In this document: piece after piece, positions 26,250 to 37,588 of the stretch
Numbering within the stretch: the first letter of the stretch is position 1
Layout: the number at the start of each line of letters is the position of its first letter
Assembly: GCA_051313645.2 (NCBI GenBank)
Contig: JBNRSN020000002.1
Location: 519,684,001 to 519,748,000 of the forward strand
DNA length: 64,000 nt
From: Centroscyllium fabricii
Lineage: Eukaryota
Reading direction: 5' to 3'
Made by a program: the position numbers and the translations under genes
The notes under the pieces: model-generated
The model's input: only the letters and a program-made list of their open reading frames with translations
Told to the model about the DNA's origin: nothing
The model's database searches: none

Positions 26250-26623
26250 TCGTTTGACCCTTTGTGACTGCACCCTTTGATCTCAGGCTGAGTGATATGT
26301 TAGAACACCTTTGATTGCTTTGATGTCCCTCAGCTGAGGTGTGATGTGAAACAGCGGGAGAGACCACATTGTTCTCTCTCTCTATATATGCTATGTTTAA
26401 ATGAATCTCTTAGAATATGTTAATACGCCTTTGTATGCTCTGTCTGGCTCTGCTAAGGTGAGATGTGGCCGAGATCCGATTTCTCCCTTCGTTCCATATG
26501 TGCGTTCTTCAAGTCAGTCTGTCTCTTTCACCTGACGAAGGGGCAAAAGCTCCGAAAGCTTGTGATTTAAAATAAAACTGTTGGACTATAATCTGGTGTT
26601 GTGTGACTTCTTGCATTTGTCCA
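26250..26623 (+). mobile_element. Penelope-like pLTR fragment carrying a hammerhead motif, fused to a CR1 fragment
   Basis: Shares blocks (tttgacc.tttgtgact.cacc, acacctttgattgct, ctatatatgct, hammerhead region) with the inverted copy at 27530-28249. Confidence 0.7.
26528..26565 (+). ncRNA. Minimal type I hammerhead ribozyme motif
   Basis: UCAC-CUGACGA-A-GGGGC-AAAA-GCUCC-GAAA-GC-UU-GUGA: stem I UCAC/GUGA, intact CUGANGA and GAAA core, 5-bp stem II, palindromic AGCU stem III. Predicted cleavage after 26561. Confidence 0.75.
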
Positions 26624-27277
26624 AGTTTGCAGATGACACAAAGCAGGAAGGGCGTGCGTGCTGCGAGGAGGATACCAGGAAGCTCCAGGATGATTTGGAC
26701 AGGTTGGGCGAGTGGGCTGAGACATGGCAGATACAGTATAATGTGGATAAATGCGAGGTTATCCACTTTGGGGGCAAAAACAGAAATGCCGACTATTATC
26801 TGAATGGCAATAGATTGGGAGAAGGGGAAGTACAACGAGACCTGGGTGTGCTTGTGCACCAGTCACTGAAGGTGAGCATGCAGGTGCAGCAAGCAGTTAA
26901 GGCAAATGGTATGTTGGCCTTCATAGCGAAAGGGTTTGAGTACAGGAACAGGGAGGTCTTGCTGCAGTTGTACAGGGCCTCGGTGAGACCACACCTTGAG
27001 TACTGTGTGCAATTTTGGTCTCCTTATCTAAGGAAGGACGTTCTTGCCATGGAGGGAGTGCAGAGAAGATTCACCAGGCTGATACCCGAGATGGCAGGAA
27101 TGACGTATGAGAGACTGGGTTTGTACTCGCTGGAGTTTAGAAGGGATCAAGGGATATGGGGAGAAGGCAGGGACAGGGTACTGAGTTTGGATGATCAGCC
27201 ATGATCTCATTGAATGGCGGAGCAGGCTCGAGGGGCCGAATGGCCTATTCCTGCTCCTATCTTCTATGTTTCTATGT
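26620..27277 (+). mobile_element. 5'-truncated CR1 fragment with an internal deletion
   Basis: ORF 26581-27204: SKFADDTK...VRPHLEYCVQFWSP, then the CR1 3' UTR. Confidence 0.9.
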
Positions 27278-27529
27278 AATTGATGAGTTGTATAAGTACT
27301 GTTGTACTTGAATGTTAAAAAAAAAGGAATTGCCAATAGGACTGGCGTAAAATTGTTTTTTGTTTCATTGTGTACGTTTATTGTTAATATTGTTCATTTG
27401 TCTGTAAAATTTGCTACTGCATTTGTACTGTTAACCCTAAAGCTGTTTTTAAGGTTTTGCTTTATTGCGGCTAGTGAATGTCATGGATTTATTATGTAAT
27501 TGATGAGTTGTATAAGTACTGTTGTACTT

Positions 27530-28249
27530 GGACTATAAACTGGTGTTTTTATTTTAATATTCAATAGTTTTATTTGAAATCACAAGCTTTTGGAGCGCTG
27601 CTCCTTCATCAGGTGAAGTGGAGAGATGGATATGAACACAGCATATATAGTCGGAGAACAATGCTAGATGGTTACAGGAAATCTTTCCAACTGCCCTTCA
27701 TCACACCTCGGCAGAGAGACATTCACAGCAATCAAAGGTGTGAATAGAAACATAGAAGATAGGAGCAGGAGTAGGCCATTCGGCCCTTCGAGCCTGCTCC
27801 GCTATTCAATGAGATCATGGCTGATCATCCAAACCCAGTACACCACCCCTGCCCTCTCCCCATATCCCTCAATCCCTATCAAGCCTGCACCGACACATAT
27901 CCCACCCTATCCCCGTAACCCCACATATTCAATCCCCCTAACACTAAGGGTCAATTTATCCTGGCCAATCAACCTAACCCGCACATCTTTGGACTGTGGG
28001 AGGAAACCCACGCAGACACGGGGAGAATGTGCAAACTCCACACAGATAGTCACCCGAGGCTGGATTTCAACCCGGGTCTCCAGTACTGTGAGGCAACAGT
28101 GCTAACCACTGTGCCACCGTGCCGGAATGGTGTCCAAACAGGTCAGTCAGGAAAACACCACACTGAAGAACAATGAGGTGGAGTCACAAATGGTCAAATG
28201 TTGCATATGCTGGGGTCTGTGTGAAAAACAAACACAGAACAGCAAAAAA
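27530..28249 (-). mobile_element. Penelope-like pLTR in inverted orientation, with a mutated hammerhead (27580-27616) and an inserted SINE
   Basis: Reverse complement reads tcac-ctgatga-a-ggagc-agc-gctcc-Aaaa-gctt-gtga (core G changed to A). Homologous to 26250-26623. Confidence 0.7.
27746..28124 (-). mobile_element. HE1/V-SINE-like SINE
   Basis: Same family as 3548-3953; gaat on both sides. Confidence 0.9.
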
Positions 28250-28449
28250 NNNNNNNNNNNNNNNNNNNNNNNNNNNNNNNNNNNNNNNNNNNNNNNNNNN
28301 NNNNNNNNNNNNNNNNNNNNNNNNNNNNNNNNNNNNNNNNNNNNNNNNNNNNNNNNNNNNNNNNNNNNNNNNNNNNNNNNNNNNNNNNNNNNNNNNNNNN
28401 NNNNNNNNNNNNNNNNNNNNNNNNNNNNNNNNNNNNNNNNNNNNNNNNN
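28250..28449. other. Assembly gap (200 N)
   Basis: Run of N. Confidence 1.
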
Positions 28450-28970
28450 ATTCACCCTGACAATGAAGTGATTTTTTAAATCACCAGTATGTGTGGAAAT
28501 GAAACGCTGTTTATTCTCCCTCTCCCAAAAGAGCTAAACCTCGCTGGGGTTCGGGTCTCAGGGCATCAGGCAGCCTCCAATACCTCAGCCAAGTGACCCT
28601 TGTTAAAGTGCAGGCCTAGCCAATGAAAGTGAGCAGGGCTATCTGACTGCAGAAGGCATTGCGGCAGAGCCTGATTCCTGTGCTCACCCGATGTCCCCAC
28701 ACAGGCACGCTCCAGCTTGAAGCCTCATGGCGAGCTCTGGGGCACCGAGGCTATTGGCTGTGAGAGGCACAGAACACACCCAGTGACTGGATAATAATGG
28801 GGCAGTCATCGCTGCACTTTGCCAACTGTTTTTTTTAAACAGAGAAAAGGACTCATTACGCGTCTAAAGCTCCCGAGTAAGAATGCTTCAGCTCTGGTGA
28901 AATTATTCCTCATCATTTGTTACAATGAAAATAAACGCTCAACCGATTTTCAAGTTAGCTGGCGCCTTAC

Positions 28971-29054
28971 CGGCTTCCCGAACTCCAACTCCGAAAAGAA
29001 TTTATACCATGGTTCATTCTTTAGATCGATTTCCTCTGGACTTATGTTCCGATT
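28971..29054 (-). CDS. SORBS1: SORBS1 internal exon, 84 bp, phase 0-0: NRNISPEEIDLKNEPWYKFFSELEFGKP
   Basis: Acceptor ttctttAG and donor CCG|GTAAGG. Nearly identical to SORBS1 SRDISPEEIDLKNEPWYKFFSELEFGKP. Confidence 0.93.
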
Positions 29055-29403
29055 CTAAAGAAGTAACGGCATGGGAGTGGAGGAGAAAGAAGAAGATTGA
29101 GTGAAGGCTACAGAACAGCAGGAGGTAAACCATGGAATGCAGGAGCAGTCGTATGTATGGACAACCCAGCAGAACCCCGGCACCTGAGTCCAAACACACG
29201 CACCAGAATGGGCCAAAGGTATCCGAGGATTCCTTGCTGTTTTTTTAAAAAAAGACTGATTTGTCTCAGTTCAGTTGTCACTGGACATGGATCCTTATAA
29301 CTGCATTAATCTCATTCCCAAAGGCCTGAAGACTGCTAGGATGGTAAATAGAAAAATGGCACATTGGTACAGCAGGATGCGCTCTACTAAGGTCAGGGCT
29401 GAG

Positions 29404-30776
29404 GTGTTTGATGGGACAGTGTAGAGGGAGCTTTACTCTGTATCTAACCCGTGCTGTACCTGCGCTGGGGGTGTTTGATAGAACAATGCAGAGGGAGCTT
29501 TAATCTGTATCTAACCTGTGCTGTACCTGCCCTGGGAGTGTTTGATGGGATAGTGTAGAGGGAGCTTTACTCTGTATCTAACCTGTGCTGTACCAGCCCT
29601 GGGAGTGTTTGATGGAACAATGTAGAGGGAGCTTTAATCTGTATCTAGCCTGTGCTGTACCTGCCGGAGTGTTTGATGGAACAATGTAGAGGAAGCACGG
29701 TGGCATAGTGGTTAGCACTGTTGCCTTACAGCACTGGGGGCCCGGTTCAAATCCGGTCTCGGGTGACTATCTGTGTGGAGTTTGCACATTCTCCCCGTGT
29801 CTGCGTGGGTTTCCTCCGTGTGCTCCGGTTTCCTCCCACAGTCCAAAGATGTGCTGGTTAGGTTGATTGGCCAGGATAAATTGACCCTTAGTGTTAGGGT
29901 GATTAAATATGTGGGGTTACGGGGATAGGGTGGGATATGTGTCGGTGCAGGCTCGATGGGCCGAAATGGCCTCTATCTGCACTATAGGGATTCTATGATA
30001 AGCTTTACTCTGTATCTAACCCTGTGCTGTACCTGACCTGGGAGTGTTTGATGGAACAATGTAGAGGGAGCTTTAATCTGTATCTAGTCTGTGTTGTACC
30101 TGCCGGAGTGTTTGATGGGACAGTGTAGAGGGAGCTTTACTCTGTATCTAACCTGTGCTGTACCAGCCCTGGGAGTGTTTGATGGGACAGTGTAGAGGGA
30201 GCTTTACTCTGTATCTAACCCGTGCTGTACCTGCGCTGGGAGTGTTTGATGGGAGAGTGCAGAGGGAGCTTTACTCTGTATCTAACCCCGTTCTGTACCT
30301 GCCCTGGGAGTGTTTGATGGGAGAGTGTAGAGGGAGCTTTACTCTGTATCTAACCTCGTGCTGTACCTGCCCTGGGAGTGTTTGATGGGAGAGTGTAGAG
30401 CGAGCTTTACTCTGTATCTAACCCGTGCTGTACCTGCGCTGGGAGTGTTTGATGGGAGAGTGTAGAGGGAGCTTTACTCTGTATCTAACCCCGTGCTGTA
30501 CCTGCCCTGGGAGTGTTTGATGGGAGAGTGTAGAGCGAGCTTTACTCTGTATCTAACCCGTACTGTACCTGCCCTGGGAGTGTTTGATGGGACAGTGTAG
30601 AGCGAGCTTTACTCTGTATCTAACCCGTACTGTACCTGCCCTGGGAGTGTTTGATGGGACAGTGTAGAGCGAGCTTTACTCTGTATCTAACCCATGCTGT
30701 ACCTGCCCTGGGAGTGTTTGATGGGACAGTGTAGAGCGAGCTTTACTCTGTATCTAACCTGTGCTGTACCTGCCCC
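29404..30776. repeat. 67-bp tandem repeat (gggagtgtttgatgggacagtgtagagggagctttactctgtatctaacccgtgctgtacctgccct), interrupted by a SINE
   Basis: About 15 units directly visible. Confidence 0.95.
29695..30000 (+). mobile_element. HE1/V-SINE-like SINE, short-tail variant
   Basis: gcacggtggcatagtggttagc head, V-like body, gattctatga tail. Confidence 0.88.
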
Positions 30777-32223
30777 GCTTGATGCCAACACTAGTCTTTA
30801 GAATGGAAATTCTTCACATTAATGACATTAAATTCACAAAAGAGGTTTTTGTAAAAAGTGAACAATTTATCATATTAAACAGACACCGTCTTCACGGAAA
30901 AAAAATGCTGCAAACTGTGTTTGAAATATTCCTTAAAATTTTCATCAGTGATGTGTTCGGTTGAGTCAAGTGCACTGTTCAGGGGTGGAACCATACATAC
31001 CAGTAAAATGGACAGATAGATCAAGTGATAATACACAAAGACAAAAGCACTGAATGAATAGAGACAGACATTCTGGAATACGAGATGCTTTGAAAGAGAG
31101 TTAGATATCAGAGAGCATAGAAGGGAGGCTCTATCCTTGTACAAGAGACTGCACGGAACTTTCTGCACTGCCTCGTAGGCAAAGGGACCAGGTGGTGTTG
31201 TACTGAGCCACACAGATCAGAAGGTTGAATCGCTACTCGGTGCTGAGCGAGGTCAGCTGGGTGGTATCTGAGCCCACAGGTTAAAGGAGGGTAGAGAGAA
31301 AAAGAAATCAGCCAGGGTTCCTATTCCTAACGATTGCCAACAGACTCCTCTCGGTAAGTGGACATGTGCATGTTTGAAAAGGTTTCAGCTCAGCTGTCAT
31401 AACTTCCCTGATTGGCTATTCTGCCAGTATTTGCTGTACAGGTCACACGGCCAGTGGCCAAGATATTCACGGGCCACCTGCGCCCGCGAGACCACACCCC
31501 AGCACGATTCACACCACGCCCGCACAACCCCAGCACGGTTCACCACCCGCACAACCCCAGCATGATTCGGCACCCTCGCAACCCCGGCCCGATTCGGCGC
31601 CCGCGCAACCCCGGCCTGATTCAGGGGACATAGACAGGCTAAGTCAGTGGGCAGAGATTTGGCAGATGGAGTACAATACTGGAAAGTGTGAGGTTATGCA
31701 CTTTGGCAGGAAAAATCAGAGCGCGGATTATTATCTTAATGGCAAGAAACTGGAAAGTACTGCAGTACAAAGGGATCTGGGGGTCCTGGTGCACGAAACT
31801 CAAAAGGTTAGTATGCAGGTGCAGCAAGTGATTAAGAAGGCCAATGGAATGTTGTCTTTCATTGCTCGGGGGATAGAATATAAAAATAGGGAGGTATTGC
31901 TTCAGTTGTACAAGGTATAGGTGAGACCACACCTGGAATACTAAGATGAGGAGAAACTACTTCACTCAGAGGGTAGTAGGTCCATGAAACATGCTGCCCC
32001 AAAAAGCTGTAGAAGCTACTTCATTACATAAATTTAAAACAGAAATAGACAGTTTCCTAGTAGTAAAAGGGATTAAGGGTCACGGGGAGCGGGCAGGAAT
32101 TTGGACATGAGTCTAGGTTCAGATTGGTCATGGCCCTGTTGGTAGTGGAGCGGGCCCAGGGACCGTGTAGCCTGATCCTGCTCCTATTTTGTGTGTCTAA
32201 TTCTGTTAGATGCTTCTGTGATA

Positions 32224-32940
32224 CAGGTTGAGCACCGTTAATCGGGCACGGGCGGGACCAGGCCCGTGCCGGGAAATGGAAAAAACCGGGAGAACGAGTT
32301 TGGACACTGCGCATGCGCGCCAGGCAAAATGGCCACGCGCATGCGCGCAGCATTGCGATTGGCTGGCGCGCGCATGCGCAGATCGGGCCCGGGTCCGCCG
32401 TCCCTCTCCATCGCCTTTGGACAAATGCAAAAAGTCACACAACACCAGGTTTAAAGTCCAACGTTTTATTTTAAATCACAAGCTTTCGGAGCTCCGAAAG
32501 CTTGTGATTTAAAATAAAACGTTGGACTTTAAACCTGGTGTTGTGTGACTTTTTGCATTTGTCCACCCCAGTCCAACACCGGCACCTCCGCATTATCGCC
32601 TTTGGGGTTGCTGCTGCCGCCGAGCGGGACTCAGGCTGACAGCTGTTGCCTAGTGACTGTCCGCCTCAGTCACGGGGCTCAGCTGTCGAGAAAATAACGG
32701 GCGGCCGTATTGAATTATCTGCGCATGCGCTAACCGTCCGGTGACGCATGCGCAGATCATTCAAAAACACCCGCAGCTGTTTTGAATGATCTGCGCATGC
32801 GCTCGGCGCATGCGCATATCATTCGTTGAAGCCACGATGGGGGCTGCCATTTTGCGCATGCGCAGTGCAGTCGGGGCAATTTGTGCCGGCAGACTGAAGC
32901 TGCCGGCTATTCGGGACACGGATTAACGGTGCTCAACCTG
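32224..32940. mobile_element. Tigger/pogo-type MITE containing a Penelope-like insertion
   Basis: TIRs caggttgagcaccgttaatc / gattaacggtgctcaacctg, TA flanks. Confidence 0.92.
32421..32594. mobile_element. Penelope-like fold-back insertion (perfect 148-bp palindrome 32418-32565)
   Basis: TSD atcgcctttgg (32410-32420 and 32595-32605). The sister MITE at 53356 shows the empty site. Confidence 0.85.
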
Positions 32941-33812
32941 TAGTAGGTTCGTTGTTAGGATCAGATCAGCCATGATCTTGTTGAATGGCGGAGCAGGTTC
33001 GAGGGGCCGATTGGCCTACTCCTGCTCCTATTTCTTATGTTCTTATGATTCGGCACCCTCGCAACCCCGGCACGGTTCACTGCCCGCGCAACCCCGGCAC
33101 AGTTCACCGCCCGCGCAACCCTGGCACGGTTCACCGCCCGCGCAACCCCGGCACGGTTCACCGCCCACGCAACCCCAGCACGGTTCACCGCCCACACAAC
33201 CCCAGCACGGTTCACCGCCCGCACAACCCCGACACGGTTCACCACCCGCGCAACCTCGGCACGGTTCACCACCCGCACAACCTCGGCACGGTTCACCGCC
33301 AGGGCAACCCCAGCACGGTTCACCGCCCACACAACCCCGGCACGGTTCACCGCCCACACATCCTCGGCACGGTTCACCGCCCGCGCAACCCAAGCACAGT
33401 TCACCGCCCGCACATCCTCGGCACGGTTCACCGCCAGCGCAACCCCGGCACGGTTCACTGCCTTCCAGAGAGGAAAGGAAGGAATAAATGTAGGTAACTG
33501 GCCGCAGCCGTCAGTTATGGGACAGGAGCAATTCTAACACCACTGACTCCAGCTGCTGCTCGCTCAGTTCCTTCAGGAACTTTCATTTCCAACCTTCTCA
33601 CAGCTTACTGACCTTTTCACTCTCCGTTAAGACTCCAGCAGGAAGCTCATGCTGTAGAGAGCAGCAAGCAACCAAGACTGAATCTTCAACCCAACCAACA
33701 TTTTGTTTTTTGTTACCCTCGCCTCAAACCGCCTGCAATTTTATTTTATCCAACAAAAGAAGCGACATTGGATAACGCAAACGCTGCGTCAAGCAGCCTG
33801 TCTCGGTGTCGG

Positions 33813-34283
33813 CTGTGGCTCAGTGGACAGCACTCTAGCCTCCGAGTCAGAAGGTCGTGCGTACAAGTCCCACTCCAGAGGCTTGAGCACAAAAATCTGG
33901 GCCGACACTCCAGTGCAGTGCTGAGGGAGCGCTGCACTGTCGGAGGTGCTGTCTTTCTGATGAGATGTTAAACCGATTCCCCGTCTGCCCTCTCAGGTGG
34001 ACGTAAAAGATCCCATGGCAGTACAGTATTTCAAAGAAGAGCAGGGGAGTTCTACTCGGTGACCTGGGCCAAAATAAATCCCTCAATCAACAAAACAAAA
34101 ACAGATTATCCGGTCATTATCACATTGCTGTTTGTGGGAGCTTGCTGTGAGCAAATTGGCTGCCGCGTTTCCCACATTACAACAATGACCACACTTCAAA
34201 AGTACTTCATTTGCTGTAAAGCGCTTTGAGACGTCTGGTGGTCGTGAAAGGCGCTATAGAAATGCAAGTCTTTCTTTCTTTTC
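33813..34283 (+). mobile_element. tRNA-derived SINE, SacSINE1/DeuSINE-like
   Basis: tgtggctcagtgg...gagtcagaagg head, ctctcaggtggacgtaaaagatcccatggca core, gcgctatagaaatgcaagt(cttt)n tail. Confidence 0.8.
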
Positions 34284-35629
34284 TACAACACACCCTGCAA
34301 ACAGGCCACCCGGTTGTACATTACACCCCAACCCTGCTGGCTAATGCCACCGCCTCATCGGGTTGTGACAAGTCCAGTCGCTCCTGCACATTCAGTACAA
34401 GGTCTCTTTACTCTGCTTCGCTCTCAGTGCGGAACCTTACTAGACAAGGAGCACTGGTGCCAGAATGGGGCATCTCCGTGCCCTCATAACAGGACCATTT
34501 CAGTTGGTGGAGCAGTCTTTTGTCTATGCTTCGTGCATTGGTTGAGATACAGCTCCTGCACTGGGAGAACATACGGGCAAAACAAGGTCCCCTCTCGATG
34601 ACAACGCACCGAGTCCCTTTTCAGCCAATCATCAGCTGCTCACAATTTGGGCACATGACTTGTTACTGCTGACTGCCTCTGGAGAGGGGGTTTTATGCAG
34701 GATGTGCAAGACTTGGCAATCTAACATCATCGAATGTGGTAAGCGGAGAAGTTTTGTGGGATTTGTTATGGGATGTCACACACCGCGACAAATCACTCGC
34801 TCGGTTTAGCATTTCATTAGCTCCAACCTCAAGAAGGATGTGGTACAGAACTACGTTGCAATGCATCTGCTCATCCCCCCGCCTTTGCTGTGATCACAAT
34901 TGAGCTGAATCCATCGCATCACCCAGGAATCCATTTGTGGTGGTTCACTTCAGACAGCTGGGTTCACTCTCAGGCAGCCACGTTTCAATTATTTGAGTTG
35001 TGCAGACAGTGCTGTTAGCAGCTCCTCTTCCTGTTCCACGTCGATAAGGAGTGGAATTTTTACAAGTTCTGAGATGGTACCAGACTCTCAAAAAGGGCCC
35101 TGAACGATCCTAACCAGCCAGCACTTCCTTATCCTCAGTGCGGTCTCGGGTCTGAAAGTCCAACTTCCAGTGCTTTGGAATAAAACAGGTTTGAAAATAC
35201 AGCTGCTTGCGATGAATGGCTCTGCCTGGCAATTGTAAGAATCCTACCTTAAATGAATCCGTCCAGTTTAAGTTCCACATACGACCACTTCTTATTTGAC
35301 AGCCAATTAGCAACCTGGCTCTGATGGGTGGTTGGAATCTGGAACTCACTGCCTGAAAGGGTGGTAGCGGCAGGAACCCTCACAACATTCAAGAAACATT
35401 TAGATGAGCACTTGAAATGCCATAGCATACACGGCTACGGCCCAAATGCAGGAAAATGGGATTAGAATAGAGAGGGCTTGATGGCCAGCGCGGATGCGAT
35501 GGGCCAAAGGGCCTCAGTCTGTGCTGTATAATGACTATGGCCGAAAAATTGGTCAGCGCACGTTTTGGGGCGCTAACCTTGGCGCAGCGCTAAAATTAGC
35601 GCCGGGCATAAATTAGCGCCGGAGCCCAT

Positions 35630-36100
35630 TGACGTATCGTCAATAAGACTAAAAGACGAAGAGTTACCTTAACTAAAGGCTTTTATTTACTAAAGAATGG
35701 AGTGTGTCTCGGCTGAGCTCCGGGCAGTACTGACCGGGGGATGGTAAGTAGCCACCTATATACCTAGACCCAGAGGAGGAGTCAGAGGCGGGGTCAGCCG
35801 AGGCAATCAGGTATTTACAGGTATGTACAGAGTTAATAGCCAGGTATTTACAGGTACATTATGGTATCATGACAGTGGTATAACACAGGTTTACCATATT
35901 CACCCCTTCTGTAGAATGAGTCCGGCGGGGTGAATGCATGTCCGTGTCCGCCCTCAACATTTCGTGATCAGTCTCTCCGGGGGTTTCGCCTGTCGGAGGG
36001 ACCGACGGGGTGCCGGTTTCAGTGGTTCCGGCAGCGGGGTCGGGGGCGTGTTGTCAGCCATGGGTGCTGGCGGCGTGGTGTTAGTCCCCCAGACGTCGGG
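35630..36100 (-). mobile_element. Gypsy 3' remnant (LTR 35630-35898, PPT, integrase C-terminus), related to the element at 20261
   Basis: Same LTR terminus tgacgtatcgtcaat and PPT. PAPRRSLRQAKPPERLITKC parallels PAPRRSSRQTRPPERLIAQC. Confidence 0.8.
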
Positions 36101-36354
36101 AATATGGTATTGAGATAGAGGATCAGCCATGATCATATTGAATGGCGGAGCAGGTTCAAAGGGCTGAATGGCCGACTCCTGCTCCTATTTTTCTAGGTTT
36201 CTATGATTCTAAATTGGTTCTCAATTGTAATTGGTGAGTAAGGAAATGTTGAAACGGCTGTACTCCCAGGATATGAGTTACAGGAGAACGGGAACGTCAG
36301 TAAGCTAACAAAACCTCCAACATGGGTCTGTGGAGAATGTTGAAGCTGTTCGGA

Positions 36355-37150
36355 ATAGAATCATAGCAAGGTTACAGCACGGAAGCCGGCCATTCGGCCC
36401 GACAAGCCCCTGCCGGCTCTCTGCAAGGTCACTTCAGCTAGTCCCACTCCCCCGCCCTTTCCCCGTAACCCTGCAAATTGTTTTCCTTCAGGTACTTATC
36501 CAATTCCCTTTTGAAAGCTGCGATTGAATCTGCCTCCACCACCCTTTCAGGCTCAGGCAGTGCATTCCAGATCCTGACCACTCGTTGCGTAAAAAAGTTT
36601 TTCCTCATGTCACCTTTGGATATTCTGCCAATCACCTGAAATCCATGTCCTCTAGTTCTCGACCCTTACGCCAATGGGAACAGTTTCTCTCTATCTACTC
36701 TATCCAGACCCCTCATAATTTTGAATACCTCGATCAAATCTCCTCTCAACCTTCTCTGCTCCAAGTAGAACAACACCAGCTTCTCCAGTCTATCCACGTA
36801 ACTGAAGTCCCTCATCCCTGGAATCATTCCCGTAATTCTTTTCTGCACCCTCTCCAAGGCCTTCACATCTTTCCGAAAGTGCGGTGCCCAGAATTGGACA
36901 ATACTCCAGTTGGGGTCGAACCAGTGTTTTAAACCAGGTTCATCATAACTTCCACACTTTTGTACTCTCTGCCTCGATTTATGAAGCCCAGGATCTCGTA
37001 AGCTTTTTTAACCAGTTTCTCAACCTGCCCTGCCATCTTCAATGATTTGTGCACATATACCCCCAGGTCTCGCTGTTCTTGCACCCACTTTAAGATCGTA
37101 CCTTTTAGTTTATATTGTCTTTCATTCTTCTGACCAAAATGTATCACTTT
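36355..37150 (-). mobile_element. CR1 3' fragment
   Basis: ORFs 36438-36635, 36666-36866 and 36929-37147 match the CR1 RT C-terminus (RRLRGDLIEVFKI, FFTQRVV). Confidence 0.88.
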
Positions 37151-37216
37151 GAAATGGAATGGAGCGTAAAAGCTTTATCTGTACCCAAAGATCATACGAA
37201 CGTAAATTCCACTTAC

Positions 37217-37345
37217 GTCTCTCCCTGTCTCTTCTCCGTGGTGGTTTGAATGATCTTCGCTCTGCACCTGATCACTCTGGTAGCCCAAGGTGCTGTTCTT
37301 CGGGAGTGGCTGCCTTGGGTCTCTCTCACTGTTGTCTTCTGTCTT
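37217..37345 (-). CDS. Candidate in-frame SORBS1 cassette exon, 129 bp, phase 0-0: KTEDNSERDPRQPLPKNSTLGYQSDQVQSEDHSNHHGEETGRD
   Basis: Acceptor tctcttgaacttttcacaccAG, consensus donor GTAAGT, 43 codons with no stop, phases fit the flanking exons. No homology recognised. Confidence 0.5.
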
Positions 37346-37588
37346 CTGGTGTGAAAAGTTCAAGAGATAAACCTCCAACATCTCTCTCTGTCCAGCATCA
37401 TGCACTTGGGTTTCAGGCTTCACCACCAAAAGGCACCTCTCTCAAAGAGTGACAAGGCAACAACGCATGCAGAGTGATAGATGCCTGTCGGCGCGCTGCT
37501 ACTGTGCACCTTTCATGGCCAAACTATCAATAGGTTGCGTTTCCTTTAAATACAAATGGCAGCCTCCTGTACCTCCAACAAAAGTTAC

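Larger units (their letters stand above)
31623..33047 (+). mobile_element. 5'-truncated, internally deleted CR1 containing a MITE
   Basis: ORF 31666-31920 is CR1 RT C-terminus. The 3' UTR and tail resume at 32941. tgattc occurs at both junctions. Confidence 0.8.
31490..33460. repeat. 27-bp minisatellite (cggcacggttcaccgcccgcgcaaccc) split by a nested insertion at 31623-33047
   Basis: Units at 31490-31620 and 33048-33460. Confidence 0.88.

Noticed and set aside
29404-30776. Regularly spaced repeats that could suggest a CRISPR array (also 37589-38532 and 51140-52292)
   Set aside because: Head-to-tail units with no unique spacers, no cas genes, eukaryotic context.
35117-35153. Possible small exon TRDRTEDKEVLA on the minus strand
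   Set aside because: Phase 0-1 does not fit the flanking phase-0 exons and the donor is weak.
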